From a virus (Duplodnaviria > Caudoviricetes): a stretch of 40,865 bases of DNA. The notes beneath the pieces are model-generated. The model worked only from the letters and a program-made list of their open reading frames with translations, did not search any database and was not told the DNA's origin. Positions 1 through 7,218 of the stretch are shown in pieces. The translations under genes and the position numbers were made by a program. Every line of letters begins with the position of its first letter. The stretch's first letter is position 1. Location: positions 1 to 40,865 of the IMG/VR virus record IMGVR_UViG_3300038406_000085; one strand, given 5' to 3'.

Positions 1-70
1 GTGTTCTGGCTCGGCGCGTCTCTAAAAACTCGACGCTCCCACCCCGCCAGCCGTCCCCATCCGCCGGGGT

Positions 71-226
71 TCAGCGCAGCAGGTGCACAGCGAACCATTC
101 GACCGCCGCGGCACCGAGTACGGGGTGCTGTCGCAGGATGGTGGAGAGCGTTGGTGCTCGCCGCGTGGTGAGCGCGAAGAGCTCGTATGCGGATAGCACG
201 ATGCCGATAGCGTTGTCAGCCCTCAT
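71..226 (-). CDS. small membrane protein (51 aa)
   Basis: 3' part of ORF 71..400; ATG at 226 with GAGG upstream; MRADNAIGIVLSAYELFALTTRRAPTLS... with hydrophobic segments. Confidence 0.55.
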   Translation of the reverse strand: MRADNAIGIVLSAYELFALTTRRAPTLSTILRQHPVLGAAAVEWFAVHLLR

Positions 227-233
227 GGTCGCC

Positions 234-485
234 TCACAGGGTCCATCTGCGGATGGTGCGCTGCTTGCGGCCCGAGGTTGCGCGGTTCTCGGCTCGGTGT
301 TCAGGGCCGCGCCAGATGTTCGGGTCTTCGTCGTCGTGTCCGCCGTCGAATGGCTCGTCCGGCGCGATGGGTTCACCGCATCGCCAGCAGTCGATGCCAC
401 CTGCTGCTACCAGGTTCGCCCAGTGAGCGACCACTGCTTGCCAATGACCGCAGTACCTGTTCTTGCAGCGGCAGGCCTTGCGCAT
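234..485 (-). CDS. HNH endonuclease, terminase-associated (packaging) type
   Basis: CWRCGEPI...GGHDD...RGPEHRAENRA motif; lies at the genome end that circularly precedes terS; start at ATG 485 or GTG 500. Confidence 0.8.
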   Translation of the reverse strand: MRKACRCKNRYCGHWQAVVAHWANLVAAGGIDCWRCGEPIAPDEPFDGGHDDEDPNIWRGPEHRAENRATSGRKQRTIRRWTL

Positions 486-550
486 GGGGGGCAGTATCAC
501 GGTCAGCCCCCTCGATGCCGGGGGTGCCCTGGTCTCGTACTGCCCCGGGT

Positions 551-587
551 ACGACGAAGGCCCGCCCTCATTGATGAGACCGGGCCT
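551..587 (-). terminator. intrinsic terminator-like hairpin
   Basis: minus strand AGGCCCG-gt-CTCA-tcaa-TGAG-gg-CGGGCCT followed by TCGTCGT. Confidence 0.6.
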
Positions 588-614
588 ATCGACATGGACT
601 GCGACGATGCCTGA

Positions 615-650
615 AGGCTACAGGACAAGGGCGCGCCGTGCACGCGACAC
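615..650 (-). promoter_or_regulatory. candidate late promoter
   Basis: minus strand GTGTC-gc-GTGCAC (-35, 643-638), 17-nt spacer, TAGCCT (-10, 620-615), in the only sizeable intergenic gap before HNH/terminase. Confidence 0.5.
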
Positions 651-667
651 GCAGTATGCTGTGCCTC

Positions 668-808
668 TCAGCCCTCGGTCCATACGTGGTAGAACGAGAT
701 CGAGTGGGAGCCACGACAGACACGCTCGGGGCGATCCCGCCGACACCCGCAGTACGTGCAGCGGGGTGTCGTGAAGTGGGCCACGATCGCGCGCCAGAGA
801 GCCTTCAT
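668..808 (-). CDS. small Cys-rich hypothetical protein
   Basis: MKALWRAIVAHFTTPRCTYCGCRR...; ATGA overlap with upstream gene at 805-808. Confidence 0.6.
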   Translation of the reverse strand: MKALWRAIVAHFTTPRCTYCGCRRDRPERVCRGSHSISFYHVWTEG

Positions 809-1053
809 GGCCGCCTCATCTTCCGGCCGCCCCACTCGACCATCCGCACGAACGGCCTCGCCATAACGGCCACGAAGGTATGCCATTCCTGGTGCAGTTC
901 GCGTGCCTGCTCGGGAGTCGACGTCATCGAGTGCCGGCTGACCATCTGCCACCACGGGAACGGTCCGTACTCCCAGCACCTGGGACACCCGTCCGTCGTG
1001 GTCCAGTCCGTCTCGTCTCCGGTCGGCTTCCACCACCCACGGCGGGTGACCAT
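805..1053 (-). CDS. hypothetical protein (Trp-rich, CxxC)
   Basis: MVTRRGWWKPTGDETDW...CPRCW; TGATG overlap at 1051-1055. Confidence 0.6.
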   Translation of the reverse strand: MVTRRGWWKPTGDETDWTTTDGCPRCWEYGPFPWWQMVSRHSMTSTPEQARELHQEWHTFVAVMARPFVRMVEWGGRKMRRP

Positions 1054-1340
1054 CAGGAACACGATGACCAGGCACATCTTCGACCCCACGTACTGGTGCC
1101 CCGCCCCCGACGGCAACGGGCACGCAACGATCGCTGGATCAGGTCCGTCGCCACCCGGTCGGCATCGGCCAGATCCTTGGCTGCCAGTTCCACGATCGCC
1201 CGCTTGGCCGCGACGTCGGCCAGCATCAACCGGGCAAGGGGTTTGCCATGCAGCAGGTCTACTACCTGCCGCGCGCCCACTACGCGCCAGTCGTGCTCGT
1301 CCTCGTCGAGCCGCGCCGTCAGGAACTCGGTGATGGTCAC
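1053..1340 (-). CDS. DUF6221-like protein
   Basis: N-terminus ITEFLTARLDEDE and LADVAAKRAIVE typical of the family; C-terminus atypical. Confidence 0.65.
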   Translation of the reverse strand: MTITEFLTARLDEDEHDWRVVGARQVVDLLHGKPLARLMLADVAAKRAIVELAAKDLADADRVATDLIQRSLRARCRRGRGTSTWGRRCAWSSCS

Positions 1341-1612
1341 GTGTCCTCCCCGTTCAGCGTCGCGCGGTACGTGGCCATCTGCTCCGGCGTGGGCTTGACC
1401 CGGTCAGTGTGCGTGACAGCCTCGCCGTAGTCGTCGCGCTTCACCTTGCCGTTCTCGTCGAACTCGGCAATCTCCAGTTCGAGAGTGTCCCCGTCCCAGT
1501 CGAGCAGGCCGTCACCGCGCGTGTCCCGCACGACGCCCGGGTCGTACCCGAGCACTTCCAGCAGCGCGCACGAACGCTTACGGTTCGCCTCGCTTACGGT
1601 TCGATGCCTCAT
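1337..1612 (-). CDS. hypothetical protein
   Basis: MRHRTVSEANRK...; 4-bp overlaps at both ends. Confidence 0.65.
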   Translation of the reverse strand: MRHRTVSEANRKRSCALLEVLGYDPGVVRDTRGDGLLDWDGDTLELEIAEFDENGKVKRDDYGEAVTHTDRVKPTPEQMATYRATLNGEDT

Positions 1613-1800
1613 GCGAGTGCCCTCACGATCGCGCCGACGCCAGCCCCGAGCACGCCGCCGACGAGCGTGCCGATCGCGCCTGCCATCCAGTCTCGACGCC
1701 GGTTCCAGTGCCGTTCGGCCTTCACCTGCTGCCGGGCGGTGAGTTCGAGCCATTCCTCAGGGGTGATCTCGACGGCACCCTCGGGCAGTTCATGACTCAT
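1609..1800 (-). CDS. small membrane protein
   Basis: MSHELPEGAVEITPEEW... with C-terminal Gly-rich TM helix; ATGA overlaps. Confidence 0.65.
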   Translation of the reverse strand: MSHELPEGAVEITPEEWLELTARQQVKAERHWNRRRDWMAGAIGTLVGGVLGAGVGAIVRALA

Positions 1801-2531
1801 GCGCTCATCATCCTCTCGTCTTTCGTCAGGTCGTACCGCTCGGCGAGCTCGTACGCATCTGCAAATCGGAACAGGTCCGGGTCGACGACCACGGGCACGA
1901 TCCGCCCGCGCTGCACCCACCGGTCCAGCGTGTTGGGCTTCACGGTCCGCTTGACGACGTGCAGCGCCGAGACCATCTCCGACCGCGTCATCAGCCGCTC
2001 GTCGAACGCCACCCGCATGATCGCCCGCCACTCGGCCGGCCCCACCACCCGCCCGCACACCCGGCACACTGCATCCGTCATCCCGTCGCGCTGGTAGATC
2101 TCCCCGGGGCACTCGTCGGCCGGACAGGGCCCTTGCCAATGCGGGGGCAGGTGCTGGGCCAGGGTGCCCGACACCATGCGACGCATCTCGTGGGCGTCGT
2201 CGCAGAAGTCCAGGGCCATGCGCTCGCCCGACCGGCTGGTGAAGTGCCCGTACCGCCGCGCCACTTGGTCCATCAGCCCTGGCATGGTCGAGGTCGTCGG
2301 CGCCCAGTCGTCGGTCTCCTCAAGCAGCACCCGGGCGTAGAAGCGCAACTTGTCCTCGATCTGCCGCATGGTGTCGCTCACCCCGACGTCGATCGGCAGC
2401 CGGGGTTCAGCGGTGCCCGTCACGCGGTCGCCGCTGCCTCCTGAGGGGCGTAGGCGGGCATGGAGCGCGGGCCAGGACGCAGCCACAGCCAGCAGGTCAT
2501 CGCGCGCTCGCAAAGCGGTCAAGTTATCCAC
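1797..2531 (-). CDS. Zn-ribbon + C-terminal HTH DNA-binding protein (candidate late regulator)
   Basis: GPCPADECPG...CRVCG Zn motif and C-terminal KPNTLDRWVQRGRI HTH; located near end of the middle operon. Confidence 0.65.
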   Translation of the reverse strand: MDNLTALRARDDLLAVAASWPALHARLRPSGGSGDRVTGTAEPRLPIDVGVSDTMRQIEDKLRFYARVLLEETDDWAPTTSTMPGLMDQVARRYGHFTSRSGERMALDFCDDAHEMRRMVSGTLAQHLPPHWQGPCPADECPGEIYQRDGMTDAVCRVCGRVVGPAEWRAIMRVAFDERLMTRSEMVSALHVVKRTVKPNTLDRWVQRGRIVPVVVDPDLFRFADAYELAERYDLTKDERMMSA

Positions 2532-3267
2532 AGTTGCCTCCCGCGATCGCGCGCGCCTTGCGCACGTCGGTTGCCGTGTAGCTGTAGTGCGAGTTCGTCT
2601 TGCGGAGGAACGTCACGGCGTAGGCGTCGGTCACGTTCTCGGCCCGGTCACGGACGATCGGCGGCTTCCATGTGCCGCACCAGTGCTCGATGCGGGCGTG
2701 CGCTATCTCGTGGCGTACGACGTTGAGGATCGCCTGCCGCATGTACGCGTTGCCGCGGACCGTGTCGGCGTAACCGAGCGGGCTGCCGCCGGCGGAGATC
2801 TCGATCAGGCCCCGTCCTGGGTGGGTGGGCGCCGGGTAGTAGGCGCCGTGGAAGCCGTAGGACCCGTCGCGGCGGATCCAGCCCTTGCGGTCGTGGTTGC
2901 CGACGTACTTGGTGAAGTTGACCTTCACGCCCCACCGCTTGCCGAGTGCCCATGCCGCCTCAGCGTGCGCGCGGCCTGCGGAACCGGGGGCGCCGCCGAA
3001 GTTCGGCTTGTTGTTGCTCGTCGGGATCCACGCGCCGTTCACGTGGGACTTGAACCAGAAGGCGTACTGGCCGCTCAGATCGCCTTGGGTCATCTGCCTG
3101 CAGTGCCGCGACCCGACGGGCAGGCCGTTGAACGGGGCGGTGACCCAGCCGTACGTCTTCCCGTCACCGCAGCCGATCGAGTCGGCGGCGGTCGCCGGGG
3201 TGGTCCCTGCGAGCAGGATCAGAACCGCGGTGGTCAGGGCCAGCAGGGCTCTCGTTGTCGTGCTCAT
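2524..3267 (-). CDS. secreted zinc metallopeptidase-like protein
   Basis: signal peptide MSTTTRALLALTTAVLILLAGTTPATA; VVRHEIAH (HExxH) followed by AENVTDAYA; ATGA overlap at 3264-3267. Confidence 0.7.
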   Translation of the reverse strand: MSTTTRALLALTTAVLILLAGTTPATAADSIGCGDGKTYGWVTAPFNGLPVGSRHCRQMTQGDLSGQYAFWFKSHVNGAWIPTSNNKPNFGGAPGSAGRAHAEAAWALGKRWGVKVNFTKYVGNHDRKGWIRRDGSYGFHGAYYPAPTHPGRGLIEISAGGSPLGYADTVRGNAYMRQAILNVVRHEIAHARIEHWCGTWKPPIVRDRAENVTDAYAVTFLRKTNSHYSYTATDVRKARAIAGGNCG

Positions 3268-3554
3268 GCGTCCTCCTCGGTCAGTGGGTGGTCGTTCCCG
3301 TACTCGTCCCGGACCCCGATGTCGCACTTCGGGTGACGCGCGATGAACGACAGCGTGTTGACGTAGTAGCGATCGGCGACGGCGTAGGGGTCGAGGTCGG
3401 CCGCCTCCATCTGGGCGACGAGCTGGACGAGCCGATCGCGGTCCGCGAGGCGCTTCCGGATGTCGGGCAGGTCATACGTGTGCTGGCCAACCTCGGCGTC
3501 CGAGGTCAACACCGGATCGTGGGATCGGCACTCCAGGTAGAGCCAGGTGCTCAC
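3264..3554 (-). CDS. hypothetical protein
   Basis: MSTWLYLECRSHDP...HPKC; GTGA overlap. Confidence 0.7.
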   Translation of the reverse strand: MSTWLYLECRSHDPVLTSDAEVGQHTYDLPDIRKRLADRDRLVQLVAQMEAADLDPYAVADRYYVNTLSFIARHPKCDIGVRDEYGNDHPLTEEDA

Positions 3555-3706
3555 CACTCCTCCTGCCGCGAGTTCCGCACCAGCACGCTCGCCTCAGCCA
3601 GCGCCGCCCATGCCATCGCGGTCTGCGCGGCAGCCGTGTAGCTCAGGCTCTTCCCGGCCTTGCCCATGGCCTGGATGCCCGCCTGGATCATCTCCTCGGG
3701 GCTCAT
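3551..3706 (-). CDS. small hypothetical protein
   Basis: MSPEEMIQAGIQAMGKAG...; ATGA overlap and GGAGGGG SD. Confidence 0.6.
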   Translation of the reverse strand: MSPEEMIQAGIQAMGKAGKSLSYTAAAQTAMAWAALAEASVLVRNSRQEEW

Positions 3707-4098
3707 CGCCCCTCCAGTGCGGTCTCGATGGCGGCCACGGTCGGGCAGGACGGTGTCTGGTCGTCGAGCGTCCAGTGGTCGGCACTGCACCGGTAGTAGC
3801 CGCTGCTGTGCAGCACGTCCGGGCCGGTCCACTCGGGCTGGTGGATAGCCAGCACCGCCTCCAGCGCCCCCACGAGCGCGGGCACGTCGGTGCGGGCGTG
3901 GGCGATGAACTGCGCGTCGAAGGTGCGCGGCTTGCCATGCTCGTCGAGCATCACGGTGTGAGCGACGTCGATGCAGTCGTCGACGTTCGAGTTGCCCACT
4001 GGGTCAGCCGCCACTGACATGCCCCAGATCTTCCAGGGGGCAGGGGTAGCGCGATCGGCCCGCTCCCGGATCTGGGCGAGCGCGTCCCGGGCGGTCAC
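3703..4098 (-). CDS. Ead/Ea22-like protein
   Basis: IRERADRATPAPW...DAQFIAHARTDVPALV signature. Confidence 0.7.
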   Translation of the reverse strand: MTARDALAQIRERADRATPAPWKIWGMSVAADPVGNSNVDDCIDVAHTVMLDEHGKPRTFDAQFIAHARTDVPALVGALEAVLAIHQPEWTGPDVLHSSGYYRCSADHWTLDDQTPSCPTVAAIETALEGR

Positions 4099-4724
4099 TG
4101 GGTGCCCCCGACGATGGCTCGAAGGTCAGCCACCTGGACGTACGGGAATCCGCTCCCGGTACCGTCCGCCAGTGCTCGGACTCTCTCGACCTGGCGGACG
4201 GCGTACTTCGCGGAGTCCCGCCACTGGTCTCGCTCCTGCTCCAGCGCGTCGGCCCGGTCGGCGAGGGCGCGGAGGTCGTCAGCCTGGAGTCGCGTCGGGG
4301 CCATCGTCGCGTGGAGCCGGAGCGCGTCCCCCAGCCCGAGCTCACCAGCGCCGATCTGCGGGCATGGCGCACCCTCGGACGTCCCGGCGCCCACACGAGG
4401 GGTCGCGGGGGCGGTGGGGGCGGCAGGGCGTGCGGCGTGGGTGGCAGGCACGGACACCACGGTCAGCGGCCCGTACGTCTGGCTCAGGTTGGCGCTGGCC
4501 CACGGCTGGAGGTTGCCCCCGCCGTACCACCACGCACCGTCTCGGCGCTCCCACGTGTCGCCGTCGCCCTCTCGCACGACAGTCCACTCCGGCGCCGCCT
4601 CCAGCCACGCCGCGTCGTCACCGTCCTCGCCGGAGTCGCGCACGACGTCGCCGGGAGCGAACGGCCATGCCTCGGGCTGGTCGGCGGGCACCATGCGCTG
4701 GCTGGCCTTGCTGGGCGTGGTCAT
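4095..4724 (-). CDS. hypothetical protein (mosaic, C-terminal coiled coil)
   Basis: 209-aa ORF with coupled overlaps at both ends. Confidence 0.65.
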   Translation of the reverse strand: MTTPSKASQRMVPADQPEAWPFAPGDVVRDSGEDGDDAAWLEAAPEWTVVREGDGDTWERRDGAWWYGGGNLQPWASANLSQTYGPLTVVSVPATHAARPAAPTAPATPRVGAGTSEGAPCPQIGAGELGLGDALRLHATMAPTRLQADDLRALADRADALEQERDQWRDSAKYAVRQVERVRALADGTGSGFPYVQVADLRAIVGGTQ

Positions 4725-4933
4725 GGCTTCCTCATCTCGGCCAGTGCCCGCGTCAGGTCCAGGGATGCGCGCCGGGTGGCACCGGACGCCTTGGAGCCGT
4801 AGATCGTGTGGTTACGGCGCTTGAGTTCGGTCTCGTCGGGGTACTCGGCCCTCTCGTGCTCTAGCAGCGTCTCGGCCTTGGCGATGAAGTCACGCGCCTC
4901 GGTGATCGCGGCACGGATGGTCTGCGGGGTCAT
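4721..4933 (-). CDS. hypothetical protein
   Basis: MTPQTIRAAITEARDFI...RRASLDLTRALAEMRKP; ATGA overlaps. Confidence 0.7.
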   Translation of the reverse strand: MTPQTIRAAITEARDFIAKAETLLEHERAEYPDETELKRRNHTIYGSKASGATRRASLDLTRALAEMRKP

Positions 4934-5079
4934 GATGCGTGCTCCTCGGCGTTGTGGTGCATGAGTTCCTTCGCGGCCTTGCCCTCGACCGGCGTCTCGA
5001 TCGTCCAGGTGCAGTCCTCGCGGATGCACTCCCCGCGGTGCGTGGCCTCGTCATGGGTCACGTTGCCGATGCTTGTCAC
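4930..5079 (-). CDS. small Zn-finger-like protein (49 aa, not in ORF track)
   Basis: translated by hand: MTSIGNVTHDEATHRGECIREDCTWTIETPVEGKAAKELMHHNAEEHAS; GTGA and ATGA overlaps at both ends. Confidence 0.65.
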   Translation of the reverse strand: MTSIGNVTHDEATHRGECIREDCTWTIETPVEGKAAKELMHHNAEEHAS

Positions 5080-5357
5080 GATGCGGTCCCTTCGGCCTCG
5101 TACGTCGCGGCGAAGATGTCGGGCTTGCAGGGGTAGAACTCGCCTGCCACGCCGCGGATCACGTAGTCACCGAGCACCGCACGCATCTGCCCCTCCAGCG
5201 TCTCGATGAAGATCCAGGGCTGGAAGGCAGCCAGGGATGCCTCGCCGCCGTTCGAGTTGATCCATTCAGCGATCACGACGTGGTTCCTCAGGTCGTCGAT
5301 CACCTGCATAGCCTCGATGACGACGGGCTTCTTGCGGTACTTCACGGGGCTGCTCAC
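5076..5357 (-). CDS. widespread phage protein, PGDYG-like
   Basis: YRKKPVVIEA...IETLEG...GDYVIRGVAGEFYPCKPDIF..TYE. Confidence 0.75.
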   Translation of the reverse strand: MSSPVKYRKKPVVIEAMQVIDDLRNHVVIAEWINSNGGEASLAAFQPWIFIETLEGQMRAVLGDYVIRGVAGEFYPCKPDIFAATYEAEGTAS

Positions 5358-5572
5358 GGTCGTTCTCCTTCGGTAGCGGGTGTCTCGCGGGTCCAGCCGT
5401 TCTCGGTCTTGCGGATGCCGTTCTCGTCCAGCACGGCCAGGACGAGGTCACGGCCGGTGGCTGCGATGCGGGCGGGGATCTCGGGGTCGATCAGGTCTTC
5501 GATCGGGGGCGGGGCGTAGTCCGGTGGTGGGCCGGTGACCCACGGGGGCGGCTCGTCGGGGGTGTCCGTCAT
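5354..5572 (-). CDS. Pro-rich hypothetical protein
   Basis: MTDTPDEPPPWVTGPPP...; coupled overlaps. Confidence 0.6.
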   Translation of the reverse strand: MTDTPDEPPPWVTGPPPDYAPPPIEDLIDPEIPARIAATGRDLVLAVLDENGIRKTENGWTRETPATEGERP

Positions 5573-6411
5573 GACGCCTCGCCGAAGTCGAGCGTCTGCG
5601 CGACGGCGATCGGCCGGTTGGACCAGACGACCTCCGTGCGGACGTTGCGAGCGGCGGCCGAGTGGTTGCCCTGCCCCGAGTAGGCGGCGATCTCGACGCG
5701 GTCCCAGCCCGCGTACAGCTCCTCGTACAGCGGGGCGGCGTATCCCGACAGGACGACGGCGGCCTGAGACGCGTGGAGCGCCTCGGCCAGTTCGCGGTGC
5801 TCGGTCTCGGCACGCATCTCGTGGCGGTAGGCGTGGGTCGTGCCGCGCGTGCCGCCGAGGTAGGGCGGGTCCACGTACAGGAGTGCCGTTGGGGACGCGC
5901 CGTAGGACTCGATGACCTCCAGCGCCGGACGGCACTCAAGCGAGACGTAGCGCAGGCGGCGCGCAGCAGCGGGCATCCGTTCCAGGTAGCCCGCCATGTA
6001 GCCGGGAAGACCCATGCTCGTGCCCGATGCATCGATGTGGCGGCGCCATCCGGTGCGCACCAGCTGGCCGCCGCGGCCCTGGGAGAGCGCGACCCACACG
6101 CGCCGTGCTCGCTCCAGGTCGTCGATGTCGTCCCGGTCGCGCGAGATCTGGTGCTCTGCCCGGGAGTGCGGCGTCAGCGCGGCCACGCGCTCCAGTTCCT
6201 CCGGCCGATCCCGCAGGACCCGCCAGAACGTCACGATGTCGCCGTCGAGGTCGTTGACCGTCTCCAGCTTCGACGGCGCCTTGGCGAGCAGCACCGACAG
6301 ACCGCCGGCGAACGGCTCCACGTAGTGCTCGTGGTCCGGGAACAGAGCGACCAGCGATGCGGCAGTGCGCTGCTTGCCACCGAAGTACGGCATGGGAGGG
6401 GCGATGCTCAT
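5569..6411 (-). CDS. dam: DNA adenine methyltransferase (D12/Dam class)
   Basis: PYFGGK, EPFAGG, NDLD and DPPY motifs. Confidence 0.92.
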   Translation of the reverse strand: MSIAPPMPYFGGKQRTAASLVALFPDHEHYVEPFAGGLSVLLAKAPSKLETVNDLDGDIVTFWRVLRDRPEELERVAALTPHSRAEHQISRDRDDIDDLERARRVWVALSQGRGGQLVRTGWRRHIDASGTSMGLPGYMAGYLERMPAAARRLRYVSLECRPALEVIESYGASPTALLYVDPPYLGGTRGTTHAYRHEMRAETEHRELAEALHASQAAVVLSGYAAPLYEELYAGWDRVEIAAYSGQGNHSAAARNVRTEVVWSNRPIAVAQTLDFGEAS

Positions 6412-6488
6412 GCGGGCTTGTCTCCGATCTGGTGGGCGAGGGTGACCATGGCGGCGGTGTAGTCGGTGCCGTCGGCGGTGGGGGTCAT
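6408..6488 (-). CDS. 26-aa mini-ORF linking resolvase and methylase
   Basis: MTPTADGTDYTAAMVTLAHQIGDKPA; ATGA overlaps at both ends. Confidence 0.45.
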   Translation of the reverse strand: MTPTADGTDYTAAMVTLAHQIGDKPA

Positions 6489-6964
6489 GCGGCCACGCTC
6501 GCTACCTCGAGCGGTTCGCCGTACCCGGAGGCCCGCAACTGGGCGAGGGTGCCGGCCAGCGTCATGCGGATGACGGCGTCGTCGGCAGGGATCACGGGGA
6601 GGGTGATGCCGCGTAGGTCGAGCAGCTGCCGGACGTGCATGTGCGCCCACCACTGCTCGGCTCGGGCTGGTCCGACGCCGCGGCGCTGGGTGACGAGGAA
6701 CGCGACGTCGGCATGGGCGTTGCGGCGCTCGGTCTCGGTCTCGTCGAGCCAGGCCAGGATCTGGAGGTCGGAGGCGTCCCGAGCCGCGTTGCCTCCCTTG
6801 ACCTCGACGATGACGCCGGCGGTCAGGCCGGGGGTGAGGCGCACGTCGCCCTGGTCGAGGTTGCCGTGCAGGACGACCCGCTCGGCGTGGGGGAACCCGA
6901 GCCGGCGTGAACTGCGGACCACGGAGGTTTCGGCGGCTGTTCCGATCGCCTTGGGCTTGTTCAT
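6485..6964 (-). CDS. Holliday junction resolvase (PD-(D/E)XK type)
   Basis: MNKPKAIGTAAE...DQGDV...IVEVK; GAAGGAG SD before ATG 6964. Confidence 0.8.
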   Translation of the reverse strand: MNKPKAIGTAAETSVVRSSRRLGFPHAERVVLHGNLDQGDVRLTPGLTAGVIVEVKGGNAARDASDLQILAWLDETETERRNAHADVAFLVTQRRGVGPARAEQWWAHMHVRQLLDLRGITLPVIPADDAVIRMTLAGTLAQLRASGYGEPLEVASVAA

Positions 6965-7045
6965 GTAGCGCTCCTTCTCGAAGTCGTGATGGTGGTTTCG
7001 GCCGCCTGCTGCCCGCCGGCCCCGCCCATAGGGCGGCGGGGTCCG

Positions 7046-7197
7046 GGGCAGGTCCACGACAGTGCGCTGCCCGTGGGTGATTGGGGCAGGTCTAAATGGC
7101 TCCTGGCCTGCGGATATATGCGTGATCCGGTGGTACCTGCCCGGACCTGCCCGAGATACGTCCGGGCAGGTGACCTGCCCGAGCTTCTCGGGCAGGT
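7046..7197. repeat. iteron cluster, probable replication origin
   Basis: 7 perfect GGGCAGGT/ACCTGCCC octamers (7046, 7084, 7135, 7145, 7164, 7173, 7190) in both orientations around an AT-richer patch, immediately after the helicase gene. Confidence 0.75.
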
Positions 7198-7218
7198 TTT
7201 CTACCCCTGCTCGGGGGG

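Noticed and set aside
1053-1160. Possible frameshift or pseudogene in the DUF6221-like gene (atypical Arg-rich tail)
   Set aside because: The stop still forms a TGATG overlap with the next gene, and no alternative frame restores a recognisable family C-terminus; it cannot be resolved without homologs.
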